Shown here: positions 32,672 through 44,945 of the stretch, piece after piece
How positions within the stretch are numbered: position 1 is the stretch's first letter
Layout of the letters: each line of letters opens with the position of its first letter
Source: Escherichia phage vB_EcoM-Sa45lw
DNA length: 64,000 nt
Direction: 5' to 3' (one strand)
Sequence record: MK977694.1
Position numbers and translations under genes: made by a program
Notes under the pieces: generated by a model
Told to the model about the DNA's origin: nothing
Database searches by the model: none
The model's input: only the letters and a program-made list of their open reading frames with translations

Positions 32672-32914
32672 TATAAATTCTCTTTTAAATGAAAATGCAG
32701 GACTTATTGGCATTGCCTGCGCAAGCCCTCAAGGGGAACATAGGTTTTGGATATTTAACGACAGGATAACCATAAACCCGTCATCATTCACATTCAAGAG
32801 GTACACCATAAAACTGCCGGGATCTTAAAACTATAATGATTCGCAAATCATTAATCAGACAGTTCGATGGCTCCTCGATTTTAGCTCACACTAAGGCAGT
32901 GAATCTCCAATAAA

Positions 32915-33163
32915 TTACTTCAGTGTTACCACAAAGTGACGAACTGCTTTTCGTGCAGCAGAAGCCAGAGGCTTAGCATACTTAAGTTCATCTTTTTCCT
33001 GAAGCTCAGCAGCTAATGCAGTTTGAGCAGGATTCAGATGTTTGAAATAACGCAGGATTTCAAGAGCTTCGGCTTCAACATCAATAGATGCGCCATAGTT
33101 TTCGTGACCATTATTCCATGCGTTTCGTTGCAGTTCAAGAGCGTGTTGTAATTGTTTAATCAT
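32915..33163 (-). CDS. rIII: rIII lysis inhibition accessory protein
   Basis: 82 aa, T4 RIII length; N-terminus MIKQLQHALELQRNAWNNGHENYGASIDVEAEALEILRYFKHLNP. Confidence 0.9.
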   Translation of the reverse strand: MIKQLQHALELQRNAWNNGHENYGASIDVEAEALEILRYFKHLNPAQTALAAELQEKDELKYAKPLASAARKAVRHFVVTLK

Positions 33164-33310
33164 TTAAAAATTCTCGTTAGAGATTAAAACTCGGTAGTCA
33201 CGTTCTTCTGAATTTCATCTTCTTTCGACAGATCTCTCAGTTGTAGACTACCACATAGAATTGTTCGGTTAACTTATTATTCCGACACCCAATTCATATT
33301 ATTATTTATA

Positions 33311-33646
33311 TCACTTATAAAGACACGGAATAGCTTTATAGTGACAAGTAACGAATTTTTGTTTAATTTCTTTTGGCTGCTTAAGACCCAGAGCTACAAA
33401 AGGATGCGGAACATTTCGAATTTGACCAACTGGAAGAGAAGTCAAATCACCAACTTCGCAGAAACCTTCAGGAACATCAGGACCGACAGAGTGAACTACA
33501 CACAGTTCAGGAACTTCACCTTGAACACGTTTACCGATAATAAGTCCTGATTCTGTAACTTCTTCATCACCGGCTTGTGCGGGTTCAGAAACTAAAATAA
33601 CATATTCACCGACAGCACGAATTGGTAACTGTTGTACTTCAGACAT
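33311..33646 (-). CDS. 31: Co-chaperonin gp31 (GroES-like)
   Basis: 111 aa, T4 gp31 length; N-terminus [45 protein letters not shown]. Confidence 0.95.
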
Positions 33647-33676
33647 CGTTTTTCCTTTTTGTTAACAGATGAATTA

Positions 33677-33701
33677 ATAATAACAAATAATTCTTAAAGC
33701 A
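33677..33701 (-). promoter_or_regulatory. MotA-dependent middle promoter for gene 31
   Basis: Minus strand AAATGCTTTA (MotA box), 12-bp spacer, TATTAT; -10 lies about 31 bp upstream of the gene 31 ATG. Confidence 0.45.
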
Positions 33702-33702
33702 T

Positions 33703-34011
33703 TTATTTACCAATAAATTGGAGTAAATGCTCAACTTTCATACCATTAACAGAAATCAATTTGTCAATAGAAAAACCTCGCCACTCGCCAAGCTCAACAT
33801 CAAATACTGGAATCATGTCAGTAGATTCTTTCCGAGTAGATTCAGTCAATTTACCAGTTTGCATAGTTGGCATAAAGTCTGCATCACGCGTACCTTTCAT
33901 AGTACGAATAGTACCATCAGACTTTTCAAAAACTACGTTTGAAACACCCATGGACAGTTTAGTTTTCAAAATTTCACGAATTGCTACTTTCTGCTCAGTT
34001 GTCAGTTTCAT
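33703..34011 (-). CDS. Hypothetical protein (T4 31.1 position)
   Basis: 102-aa ORF. Confidence 0.7.
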   Translation of the reverse strand: MKLTTEQKVAIREILKTKLSMGVSNVVFEKSDGTIRTMKGTRDADFMPTMQTGKLTESTRKESTDMIPVFDVELGEWRGFSIDKLISVNGMKVEHLLQFIGK

Positions 34012-34248
34012 TTATTTACCTATCACAGTTTTAATATGAGTTGTTCCACGTTCTTTAAGGGTGGAAAGTAATTTTTGGCATTTTTCTAAATCAGATTTCC
34101 AACTATATGGTCTATCAATACTAGTCCAATCAGTTTTATAATACTGTTTCCATTTAGAGAAAAAATATTTCTTATACTCTACAGCAAACGAGATGTTCTC
34201 GTTAGAATAAGAACTAATTGCTGTAAGCTTTACCAAACGAAATTTCAT
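34012..34248 (-). CDS. Hypothetical protein (T4 31.2 position)
   Basis: 78-aa ORF overlapping the cd start by one base. Confidence 0.65.
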   Translation of the reverse strand: MKFRLVKLTAISSYSNENISFAVEYKKYFFSKWKQYYKTDWTSIDRPYSWKSDLEKCQKLLSTLKERGTTHIKTVIGK

Positions 34249-34829
34249 TATTCACCACAGAATTCGTTGATATTTTCCCAGTTTAACTTATTCAAGTTTT
34301 TCTTAGGAACATTAAACACTTCAATACCTGCATTTCGCAGAATATCATCCCAGCCAGGTTTATTTTTATCGTATGTTTCGCAATAAACCAGTTTTTTAAT
34401 ACCAGATTGAGCTATCGCTTTTGCACAATCTGGACAAGGAGAAAGTGTTACATACATAGTAGCACCTTCAATAGAAGAACCATTTCGTGCAGCAAACAAA
34501 ATTGCATTTAGTTCAGCATGAATTTCATTTTTAGACGACCATTCAGAGTGAGCACTACGATGTTCTTTAGCCAAGACAAAGCGATCAGTTGAACCAAATG
34601 ATACGCATTCAGGTTTATGGCCTTGAATGATAGTGTGTTTAGGCTTATTCAACAACCAACCTTGCTCAGCAGCATAATCACAACAGTTCACACCACCAGC
34701 AGGTGAACCATTATATCCGGTAGAAATAATACGTCCATTCTTTTCAATTACTGCTCCTACCTTCCAGGAGCAACATTTTGATTCCTGCGATACTAAATAT
34801 GCAATTTGAAGTACTGTACTCGCTTTCAT
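34248..34829 (-). CDS. cd: dCMP deaminase
   Basis: 193 aa, T4 Cd length; zinc-binding motifs HAELNAI and PCPDCAKAI. Confidence 0.95.
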   Translation of the reverse strand: MKASTVLQIAYLVSQESKCCSWKVGAVIEKNGRIISTGYNGSPAGGVNCCDYAAEQGWLLNKPKHTIIQGHKPECVSFGSTDRFVLAKEHRSAHSEWSSKNEIHAELNAILFAARNGSSIEGATMYVTLSPCPDCAKAIAQSGIKKLVYCETYDKNKPGWDDILRNAGIEVFNVPKKNLNKLNWENINEFCGE

Positions 34830-35164
34830 TTCATAATCACCAGATAAGCAGATTTAGCAGTTTCAACACGATAAATTTCGTGACGAAGTTTAGTTATACT
34901 TTTAATAACAGAACTAATTATATTCTGCCCATCTTTAAAGCGGTTTTTCTTATCAATAAAAATTGCACCAACCATCTTTTTGTGAAGCTCAACTGGATAC
35001 TTCGTCACAATAATAGCATCATACACAGAAGGATGAATACTATTCACTAGAGTGTCATTCATTAAAGTTATTCTAATGAACTGAGCTGTTTCAGAGTCAA
35101 GCGCTCTATGATCGCCAGTATCATTTTCAAGACAATTATCAATTATATCAGTTAAATTCATCAT
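34826..35164 (-). CDS. Hypothetical protein (cd.1 position)
   Basis: 112-aa ORF, ATGA-coupled. Confidence 0.65.
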   Translation of the reverse strand: MMNLTDIIDNCLENDTGDHRALDSETAQFIRITLMNDTLVNSIHPSVYDAIIVTKYPVELHKKMVGAIFIDKKNRFKDGQNIISSVIKSITKLRHEIYRVETAKSAYLVIMK

Positions 35165-35397
35165 AGTACGCCATACACCCTTTGTGCTTCAACTAATCCA
35201 TCAAAATCCAATTTGAGATGTGTTATTTGGTCACCATCACCTGGATTCACAATTACTAATACTGAACGAGGAGTTTCTGTAATAACACGAACCGATGTTT
35301 CTGGAAATCGTTCAGAAACCTTATTTACCAATTCTTGAGCAAATAGTTTAACTTTTTCTTGGAATTCTTTAACAGTAATTGGTTTTTCGCTTAGCAT
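35161..35397 (-). CDS. Hypothetical protein (cd.2 position)
   Basis: 78-aa ORF, ATGA-coupled. Confidence 0.65.
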   Translation of the reverse strand: MLSEKPITVKEFQEKVKLFAQELVNKVSERFPETSVRVITETPRSVLVIVNPGDGDQITHLKLDFDGLVEAQRVYGVL

Positions 35398-35918
35398 GTT
35401 GATCCTAGCTCCTTACTTTCAACGTTTTTAACTAATTTGACAGAAACTAATTCAGCATCTTGGGTAATCATTACCGGGCCTTCTTCATACTCTTCAAGAT
35501 ATTCTAGAGCTTTGTTTTTAGCTTCTTCCTTCGTATCAGTTTGAGCATAGATATAGAACATACAACCAGTAATACCTACTACTTTCCACTTAATTTCTTT
35601 ATCAGTTTTAATTTCAAATTTACTGACAGAATCATCTTTTTGAACTTCTTCGAAAAAAGAATATTCTAACATATAAGTAATTGAAAATAACGGGCTAACT
35701 TTATAGGATTCGCCCATTACATCAACAGCTTTATACCAACAGTCATCAATTTCGCGTTTAATGCTAATAACATTTTTCGCAGGATCTATTTTTACTTTAA
35801 ATGAATTTTCCCCAATAAACTGGGCAATTCGTTTATTAGCCCCGCAAGTTTCATTAAAAATATCTTTATACCCAGTTTTAAAGCGATAAACCTTATCTTC
35901 TTCAAACCATTCGCTCAT
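35391..35918 (-). CDS. Hypothetical protein (cd.3 position)
   Basis: 175-aa ORF preceded by an early promoter. Confidence 0.7.
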   Translation of the reverse strand: MSEWFEEDKVYRFKTGYKDIFNETCGANKRIAQFIGENSFKVKIDPAKNVISIKREIDDCWYKAVDVMGESYKVSPLFSITYMLEYSFFEEVQKDDSVSKFEIKTDKEIKWKVVGITGCMFYIYAQTDTKEEAKNKALEYLEEYEEGPVMITQDAELVSVKLVKNVESKELGSTC

Positions 35919-35948
35919 TTCAATTTCCTCGTTTGTTTTGGTAGAGCT

Positions 35949-35978
35949 ATAATATCACAACTCTACCGTAAAGTAAAC
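35949..35978 (-). promoter_or_regulatory. Sigma70-type early promoter for the cd.3-position ORF
   Basis: Minus strand GTTTAC, 18-bp spacer ending TGTGA, TATTAT; -10 lies 31 bp upstream of the ATG. Confidence 0.5.
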
Positions 35979-35980
35979 TA

Positions 35981-36286
35981 TTAAATTGCTTTGAATTCTG
36001 ATGTCTGTGATTCAAAACGAATGTCGCCTTTGATAACTAGCTCAGCATCAAGACCGAATACAACAATGATATGCGCGGAACCTGGATACAACGTGATGGC
36101 AACAGAATCCACCTGGTCTGGAAGCAAAGTGTTCAATACATGAGTCACTTGAGCATGAATTCGAAGCTCGGCTGCGTTATCAAGCTTTTCAAACATATTA
36201 TTAGCGATAATTTGACTAAACACTACTTCTACAATTTTAGAATAAGTCGGAAACATATTTACCTCACATAATTTTCTTCGAGCCAA
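35981..36286 (-). CDS. Hypothetical protein (cd.4 position)
   Basis: 101-aa ORF. Confidence 0.65.
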   Translation of the reverse strand: MARRKLCEVNMFPTYSKIVEVVFSQIIANNMFEKLDNAAELRIHAQVTHVLNTLLPDQVDSVAITLYPGSAHIIVVFGLDAELVIKGDIRFESQTSEFKAI

Positions 36287-36459
36287 TCAATAACATCCAA
36301 CGCATTATCAAAAGTTGAACCATCTACTTTGTCTTCTGTTTCATAATCAAGAACATCTAAGCCTAATCTTCCGTTAACAATAGGCCATAAACAAAATAGA
36401 TATTTCTTTTCTTTTTCAATTTTATCACAAAGACGATAAATCTTTTCTATGTTATTCAT
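36259..36459 (-). CDS. Hypothetical protein (cd.5 position)
   Basis: 66-aa ORF overlapping neighbours. Confidence 0.6.
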   Translation of the reverse strand: MNNIEKIYRLCDKIEKEKKYLFCLWPIVNGRLGLDVLDYETEDKVDGSTFDNALDVIDWLEENYVR

Positions 36460-36645
36460 AAGTTTTCCATGGTAAAGGCAGTTTAGTTTTCTTTACTGTT
36501 AGTTCAACATCAGGATTCTTTTCTCTTAATTTAAGGCATTCCTCCCAAGCTCTGATTTCACTAGTGAATACACAAAATTGCCCATTACTAGTACCGACTA
36601 AACCACTATTTACAATAATAGCCCAAGTTTCATGATGCCACGCCA

Positions 36646-36646
<1 letters not shown>
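36452..36646 (-). CDS. Hypothetical small protein
   Basis: 64-aa ORF overlapping the pseT start by one base. Confidence 0.6.
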
Positions 36647-37846
<1,200 letters not shown>

Positions 37847-37850
<4 letters not shown>

Positions 37851-38077
37851 TTATTTTTCTCAACCAATGATTGAATATAATCATGCAGGTCTTTAGATGC
37901 TTTACCCCACTTATTTTGATATTCATTTTTGAGATTAGCGCGTGATTGAGCTAATAAAACATCATTAGTTGGAGGTAAAGATTCTAATCGTTGAATCTGT
38001 CGTCCATAAATCATTGCAGCCATCTCGGATTCATAAATTAATCCTTTTAGATGTTCAAATTGATACCATGAAATCAT
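37847..38077 (-). CDS. Hypothetical protein
   Basis: 76-aa ORF, overlap-coupled. Confidence 0.6.
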
Positions 38078-38373
38078 TTACATTTATCCTCTTTTAGCTC
38101 TTGACGATAATAACATATCATAGTTTTCTGGTCATGTACATATCGTTTTACATCATTAAGCCAAATACGAAATTCCTGAGAATCTTCAAATGGCATACCT
38201 ACCCAAGCTTTACCATCAATAACTTTAACTTGCCAAGATAGTTTAGCTTCGTCATATGACTTTATTTGCACAGGCCAATTAGGATGAACTGTTTCTTTCT
38301 TTACTTCTAGAGGCTTTGTCGAACAACCAACTAGAAGACCAATAGATAATATTACTGCAGATAATTTAATCAT
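38074..38373 (-). CDS. Outer-membrane spanin (Rz1-like lipoprotein; T4 pseT.2 equivalent)
   Basis: 99 aa; signal peptide with lipobox LLVGC; directly downstream of the i-spanin candidate. Confidence 0.75.
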   Translation of the reverse strand: MIKLSAVILSIGLLVGCSTKPLEVKKETVHPNWPVQIKSYDEAKLSWQVKVIDGKAWVGMPFEDSQEFRIWLNDVKRYVHDQKTMICYYRQELKEDKCK

Positions 38374-38723
38374 TTAGAAAGGTCCTGGATGTCTTCTGCG
38401 AACTTGTTGAAGGAGTTGTTGATTTGTTTTTCAACCAATCCTGGCTTACGAGCCACCACATCCGCCTTCTTTGCATCTTTGCGCAGTTTTTCATTTTCAC
38501 GCTCAATAGCAGCAATCGCCTCACGATTTTTATTATTCATCGCATCAATATAATTATACTGAATTCGCAAATTATTTAATGCTAAGGCGTTTTCATTGGC
38601 CGTTTTTGTAATTTCTACAACAGACGTTTCTAATCTTTCAATTTTATTTTTTAAAATTAAAGAAGTTCCGCCTAATGCAATTACAATTAATAGCAAACCT
38701 GCTGTCGTATTACTTAATTGCAT
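38370..38723 (-). CDS. Inner-membrane spanin (Rz-like; T4 pseT.3 equivalent)
   Basis: 117 aa; N-terminal transmembrane helix GLLLIVIALGGTSLIL followed by a charged coiled-coil-like domain. Confidence 0.75.
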   Translation of the reverse strand: MQLSNTTAGLLLIVIALGGTSLILKNKIERLETSVVEITKTANENALALNNLRIQYNYIDAMNNKNREAIAAIERENEKLRKDAKKADVVARKPGLVEKQINNSFNKFAEDIQDLSK

Positions 38724-39220
38724 AAAGTTTTAATAACCTCTATAATATCGTCTTGAGAAAGACCGTTAATTAAAATATGATGTTCAGCTGGAGATTTAGA
38801 AATTTTAAAGCATGCCGCAACATCTTCTGCCATATCCGATGCGCTACGATTTGGATTACTAATTCCAAGACGATGTTTTCCCGTCAAAGGATTAACGATG
38901 ATATAGCATTTACAGTTGTTGATATGAACATTAGGTTGAGTCTGATTAATAAACACTTCACAATCATACTTAGCGAGTTGATTTTCTAAAAAGACTTTCA
39001 TCTCCTCAACCGCATTAGGAAGCATATCACGGGCTTGCTCAAGACGACGATTTCGATATTCTTTAATGGTCGTTTTCCGCTTGACTTGCTTAGCTAAATC
39101 TTTCTTAAGATCAGTGATATATCCAACTCGACGATTTCCTTTGAATACAGAAATCCCATCTGTAGTATCACCGTATGCTTCAGCGACCATTTCAGTAGTA
39201 ATAAGCTGCAAATCCATCAT
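38714..39220 (-). CDS. alc: Alc-like inhibitor of host transcription (by position and size)
   Basis: 168 aa (T4 Alc 167), between spanins and rnlA as in T4; identity not checked by alignment. Confidence 0.65.
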   Translation of the reverse strand: MMDLQLITTEMVAEAYGDTTDGISVFKGNRRVGYITDLKKDLAKQVKRKTTIKEYRNRRLEQARDMLPNAVEEMKVFLENQLAKYDCEVFINQTQPNVHINNCKCYIIVNPLTGKHRLGISNPNRSASDMAEDVAACFKISKSPAEHHILINGLSQDDIIEVIKTLCN

Positions 39221-39224
39221 AAAG

Positions 39225-39278
39225 TCCTCATGTTATGTCAGTAAGACTACTATAACACAACACGAGGGACTTGTAAAC
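39225..39278 (-). promoter_or_regulatory. Early promoter plus SD; copy 2 of the exact 54-bp direct repeat
   Basis: Identical to 23431-23484; SD GAGGA followed by the alc-like ATG. Confidence 0.6.
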
Positions 39279-39281
39279 AGC

Positions 39282-40869
<1,588 letters not shown>

Positions 40870-40896
40870 AATAAAATGGGCCTTGCGGCCCACTCC

Positions 40897-42075
40897 TTAA
40901 AAGTATTTTTTAAAACTCATCATAACTTTATCATCAACATCATTATCAATCTGTGCAACAAGATAAGATGACAGTTCTACTTCTTGCGGCGCGGATTGAA
41001 CATTATCAGAATTAAGGTATTCACGAATCCAAGGATATGGATGTTTAACCGGAGCATCGGTAATCGGGCATGGAAGACCACACTGTTTCATACGAGATAC
41101 AGTTAAGTAATCAATAAAGCTCCACATGCTATTTGTATTTAATCCAGGAACATCGCCATCTTTAAATAAATGAACTGCCCAATCTTTTTCTTGGCGGTTA
41201 ACTTCCATGAAAATATCAACTGCTTCTTGTTCACACTCTTTGGCAATTTTAACCCATTCATCACCATCAGTGCCAAGTTGAAGTTGACGAATAATATATT
41301 GGGTGCCTTTAAGGTGAAGCTGCTCATCACGTGCAATGAACTTCATAATCTTGGCATTACCTTCCATGATTTCCATGTTCTTATGGAAGTTAAAGGTACA
41401 TGCGAAAGATACATAAAAACGAATAGCTTCCAATGCGTTGATTACATGCAGACAAAGGTAAAGAGAACGCATTAGTTCGTATTTGCATTCTTCTACATGC
41501 ATAAGGCTATTTGAATATGCGTCCAAATCATATTCATTCTCTGAAAAACACCTAAAAATTTCTTTTGCGTTTTCCCATTCACGAGTTTTCTCAATAACAT
41601 CATCATAATAACGACCAATAGATTCAGCACGTTTCATGATAGCTTTATCTAATACAATCTCATCAAATACCTTTGACGGATCAGTATAAAGATTTCGCAT
41701 AATATGAGTGTATGAACGACTGTGAATAGTTTCACTAAAAGTCCATGTAGCAACCCATGTATCAAGGCTTGGATCTGAAATTAATGACATAAGTACAGCA
41801 GACGGTGCACGACCCTGAATGCTATCTAAAAGTGATTGATACTTCAGGTTATTAGTAAAAATATCTTGCTGATACTGGGGAAGCTTGTTAAATTGTGCAG
41901 CATCCATCATCAAGTTTACTTCTTCAGGACGCCAGAAAAATGACAATTGCTTTTCGGTTAAATCTTCAAAAACTTTATGACGTTGAATATCATAACGCGC
42001 AATACCAAGACCTGAACCGAAGAACATAGGTTCTTTTAAAACATCAACTGGATTTGTATTAAAAACTGTGCTCAT
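40897..42075 (-). CDS. nrdB: Ribonucleotide reductase small subunit, uninterrupted
   Basis: 392 aa contiguous ORF with N-terminus MSTVFNTNPVDVL; no intron-like break. Confidence 0.95.
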   Translation of the reverse strand: MSTVFNTNPVDVLKEPMFFGSGLGIARYDIQRHKVFEDLTEKQLSFFWRPEEVNLMMDAAQFNKLPQYQQDIFTNNLKYQSLLDSIQGRAPSAVLMSLISDPSLDTWVATWTFSETIHSRSYTHIMRNLYTDPSKVFDEIVLDKAIMKRAESIGRYYDDVIEKTREWENAKEIFRCFSENEYDLDAYSNSLMHVEECKYELMRSLYLCLHVINALEAIRFYVSFACTFNFHKNMEIMEGNAKIMKFIARDEQLHLKGTQYIIRQLQLGTDGDEWVKIAKECEQEAVDIFMEVNRQEKDWAVHLFKDGDVPGLNTNSMWSFIDYLTVSRMKQCGLPCPITDAPVKHPYPWIREYLNSDNVQSAPQEVELSSYLVAQIDNDVDDKVMMSFKKYF

Positions 42076-42126
42076 AAATTTTCCGCTTAGTTAATAGATA
42101 GTGACTCGTCCGTGAGTCAAATTATA

Positions 42127-44391
42127 TCATAATTTACAGGATGAACAATCTTCAGCTTTTGGAGTTTCTATTTCATAATCATCAGTACCAGAACCGTCAC
42201 GGGTATTATGATAATAGAAATTTTTTCCGCCAAAATACCAAAAATACAAAAGGTCATCAATCATTATTGACATTGGAACCTTTCCTTTTGGAAAAATCTG
42301 TGGGTCATAATATGTATTCGCTGAAGCTGATTGACATACCCATTTCAGCATAATAGCTACCTGCGTAAGATAAGGTTTATTACCTTTCTTAGCTAATTTC
42401 CATGTATAATCATATAGGTCTATGTTATGTTCAATATTGGGCACGACTTGATTAAAGGAACCCTCTTTTGATTCTTTAACAGAGACTGGTCCACGTGGAG
42501 GCTCGATACCGTTTGTACTGTTAGAAACTTGGGAAGATGACTCACATGGCATAAGTGCTGATAGTGTGCTATTACGGATGCCAAAGAGCTTAAGGTCTTC
42601 CCGCAGCGACGACCAGTCACAAACGTATTTTGGAGCTGCGATTTGGTCAATCTTTTTATTGTACCAGTCGATAGGTAATTCGCCTCGAGACCAACGAGTG
42701 TCTGAATAATATTCACAAGGTCCTTTTTCTTTGGCGAGTTTAATGGATGCTTTAATGAGTCCATACTGTAATCTCTCAAATAGTTCATGTGTTAAATCGT
42801 TAGCATCTTCATAAGAAGCAAAGTTACTTGCCAACCAAGCTGCATAGTTAGTAACACCTACACCGAGGTTACGACGCTTTTTAGCTTTTTCTGCTTCAGG
42901 AACTGGATATCCTTGGTAATCCAAAAGATTATCAAGAGCACGAACCTGGACTTCTGCCAATTCATTAATTTTATCTTGGTCTTGCCAGTCAAAATTATCT
43001 AATACGAATGCAGAGAGAGTACACAATCCAATTTCAGCATCAGGACTATTCACATCATTTGTTGGAATAGCAATTTCACAGCACAAGTTACTCTGACGAA
43101 TAGGTGCCTTTTCACGAATAAACGGAGTATAGTTATTCGTATTATCAATGAACTGTACATAAATCCTTGCTGTTCCTGAGCGTTCAGTCATGAGCAATTC
43201 AAATAGTTCACGAGCTTTAATACGCTTTTTACGAATATTAGGGTCTTTTTCTGCGGCTTCATACAATTCACGGAAACGGTCTTGGTCTTTAAAATAAGAA
43301 TAATAAAGCTCTCCGCCCATTTCATGGGGACTGAACAAAGTAATGTAATCGTTCTTTCCGAATCGTTCCATCATCAAATCATTCAGCTGAACACCATAAT
43401 CCATATGACGAATGCGGTTTTCTTCTACGCCTTTGTTATTTTTCAAAACAAGAAGATTTTCAACTTCCAAATGCCAAATAGGATAATAAGCAGTAGCAGC
43501 GCCGCCACGAATTCCACCCTGTGAGCATGATTTAACAGCAGTCTGAAAATGTTTCCAAAAAGGAATAACACCAGTATGGCGTACTTCACCCATGCCAATC
43601 TTAGAACCTTCAGCACGAATCATACCAACGTTAATACCAATTCCAGCACGTTTAGAGATATATTCAACAATTGAAGCGGAAGCCTTATTGATAGACTTTA
43701 ATGAATCACCTGCCTCAATAACAACGCATGAACTAAACTGCCGAGTTGGAGTACGGCAACCAGCCATAATAGGAGTTGGTAATGAAATCTGTCGAGTAGA
43801 TACCGCTTCATAAAAACGGATAACATGTTTTAATCTATCAGCAGGTTCATCTTGATGCAATGCCATTCCAATAGTCATAAATGCAAACTGTGGAGTTTCA
43901 TAAATTTGACCAGTGGTTTTATCTTTAACTAGATATTTTTCTTTTAATTGCATCGCCCCAGAATAAGTAAATTCCATATCCCGCTCGTGCTTAATTTTTG
44001 ATTCTAAAAATGTAATTTCTTCTGCTGAATATTTTGACAATAATTCAGGGTCATATTTACCTTCATTTACACAGTAAGAAATATGGTCAATAAATGAACG
44101 TGGTTCATACTGCCCATAAACATGCTTACGAAGAGCAAACATTAAACAGCGTGCAGCTACATATTGATAATCAGGTTCTTCAACCGAAATAGAATTCGCA
44201 GCGGCCTTAATGACAATAGTCTGAATATCATCAGTTGTCATTCCATCACGGAGATAAGATTTAATATTTTCATATAATTCATAAGGATCTACTGATGTTC
44301 CTTCAGCTGCCCAAGATAAAACTTTAATAATTTTTTGTGGGTCAAAGCTCTGAGAAACACCACTACTTTTGATAACATTAATTAATTGCAT
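42127..44391 (-). CDS. nrdA: Ribonucleotide reductase large subunit
   Basis: 754 aa, T4 NrdA length; N-terminal ATP-cone-like region and C-terminal Cys pair. Confidence 0.97.
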   Translation of the reverse strand: MQLINVIKSSGVSQSFDPQKIIKVLSWAAEGTSVDPYELYENIKSYLRDGMTTDDIQTIVIKAAANSISVEEPDYQYVAARCLMFALRKHVYGQYEPRSFIDHISYCVNEGKYDPELLSKYSAEEITFLESKIKHERDMEFTYSGAMQLKEKYLVKDKTTGQIYETPQFAFMTIGMALHQDEPADRLKHVIRFYEAVSTRQISLPTPIMAGCRTPTRQFSSCVVIEAGDSLKSINKASASIVEYISKRAGIGINVGMIRAEGSKIGMGEVRHTGVIPFWKHFQTAVKSCSQGGIRGGAATAYYPIWHLEVENLLVLKNNKGVEENRIRHMDYGVQLNDLMMERFGKNDYITLFSPHEMGGELYYSYFKDQDRFRELYEAAEKDPNIRKKRIKARELFELLMTERSGTARIYVQFIDNTNNYTPFIREKAPIRQSNLCCEIAIPTNDVNSPDAEIGLCTLSAFVLDNFDWQDQDKINELAEVQVRALDNLLDYQGYPVPEAEKAKKRRNLGVGVTNYAAWLASNFASYEDANDLTHELFERLQYGLIKASIKLAKEKGPCEYYSDTRWSRGELPIDWYNKKIDQIAAPKYVCDWSSLREDLKLFGIRNSTLSALMPCESSSQVSNSTNGIEPPRGPVSVKESKEGSFNQVVPNIEHNIDLYDYTWKLAKKGNKPYLTQVAIMLKWVCQSASANTYYDPQIFPKGKVPMSIMIDDLLYFWYFGGKNFYYHNTRDGSGTDDYEIETPKAEDCSSCKL

Positions 44392-44708
44392 AAGTCCTCA
44401 ACTTGAAAATCGTCTTTAAACAATCGGTTAACTATATGAGCTATTATATCACCATGACACGGCTTTGGTTTACATGTGCATCCTAGCCTCATTCCACGTA
44501 AAGGCTCTAAATGTGCTTTAGTTATTTCTCCGGATTTAATTCGACGTATAAAATCTTTTTTGAATAATTCAATGGCAGCCTCCCGGCTGCCAGCATCTTT
44601 ACCGACGTAATTTCCCCAAAATGTACCACGGTGAATATTAACATCAAAGTCGGATTTATATTTATTCACTACTCGGCATATACGGCCTGCGCGGTTGTAA
44701 GTGTTCAT
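44382..44708 (-). CDS. Hypothetical protein (nrdA.1 position)
   Basis: 108-aa ORF with Cys/His residues ([11 protein letters not shown]). Confidence 0.65.
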   Translation of the reverse strand: MNTYNRAGRICRVVNKYKSDFDVNIHRGTFWGNYVGKDAGSREAAIELFKKDFIRRIKSGEITKAHLEPLRGMRLGCTCKPKPCHGDIIAHIVNRLFKDDFQVEDLCN

Positions 44709-44937
44709 ATTGTTCTTCCGTTAAAACAGTAATATCGTAGTAACAGTCAGAAGAAGTTTTAACTGTGGAAATTTTATTATCAAAATACTCACGAGTCATT
44801 TTATGAGTATAATATTTTTTGCCATAAATGATAATAGGCTGATTTGGTCCTGGAACTTCTAACTCACTTGGATTAGGAAGTGTAAAAAGAACTACACCAG
44901 AAGTATCTTTAAATCGTAAAATCATATATCCTCGCAA
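44662..44937 (-). CDS. Hypothetical protein (nrdA.2 position)
   Basis: 91-aa ORF. Confidence 0.6.
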   Translation of the reverse strand: MRGYMILRFKDTSGVVLFTLPNPSELEVPGPNQPIIIYGKKYYTHKMTREYFDNKISTVKTSSDCYYDITVLTEEQYEHLQPRRPYMPSSE

Positions 44938-44945
44938 TAATAAAA

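Noticed and set aside
32714-32914. About 200 bp of non-coding sequence between the 30.9-position ORF and rIII, considered as a possible small RNA or tRNA
   Set aside because: No cloverleaf-compatible stems or conserved tRNA boxes found; only a short AT-rich hairpin (32834-32853) and a 24-codon ORF without SD. Left as unexplained.
42098-42117. Inverted repeat TGACTCGTCCGTGAGTCA between nrdA and nrdB considered as an operator
   Set aside because: Imperfect and isolated; could equally be an RNA processing hairpin. No second copy or known binding motif recognised.
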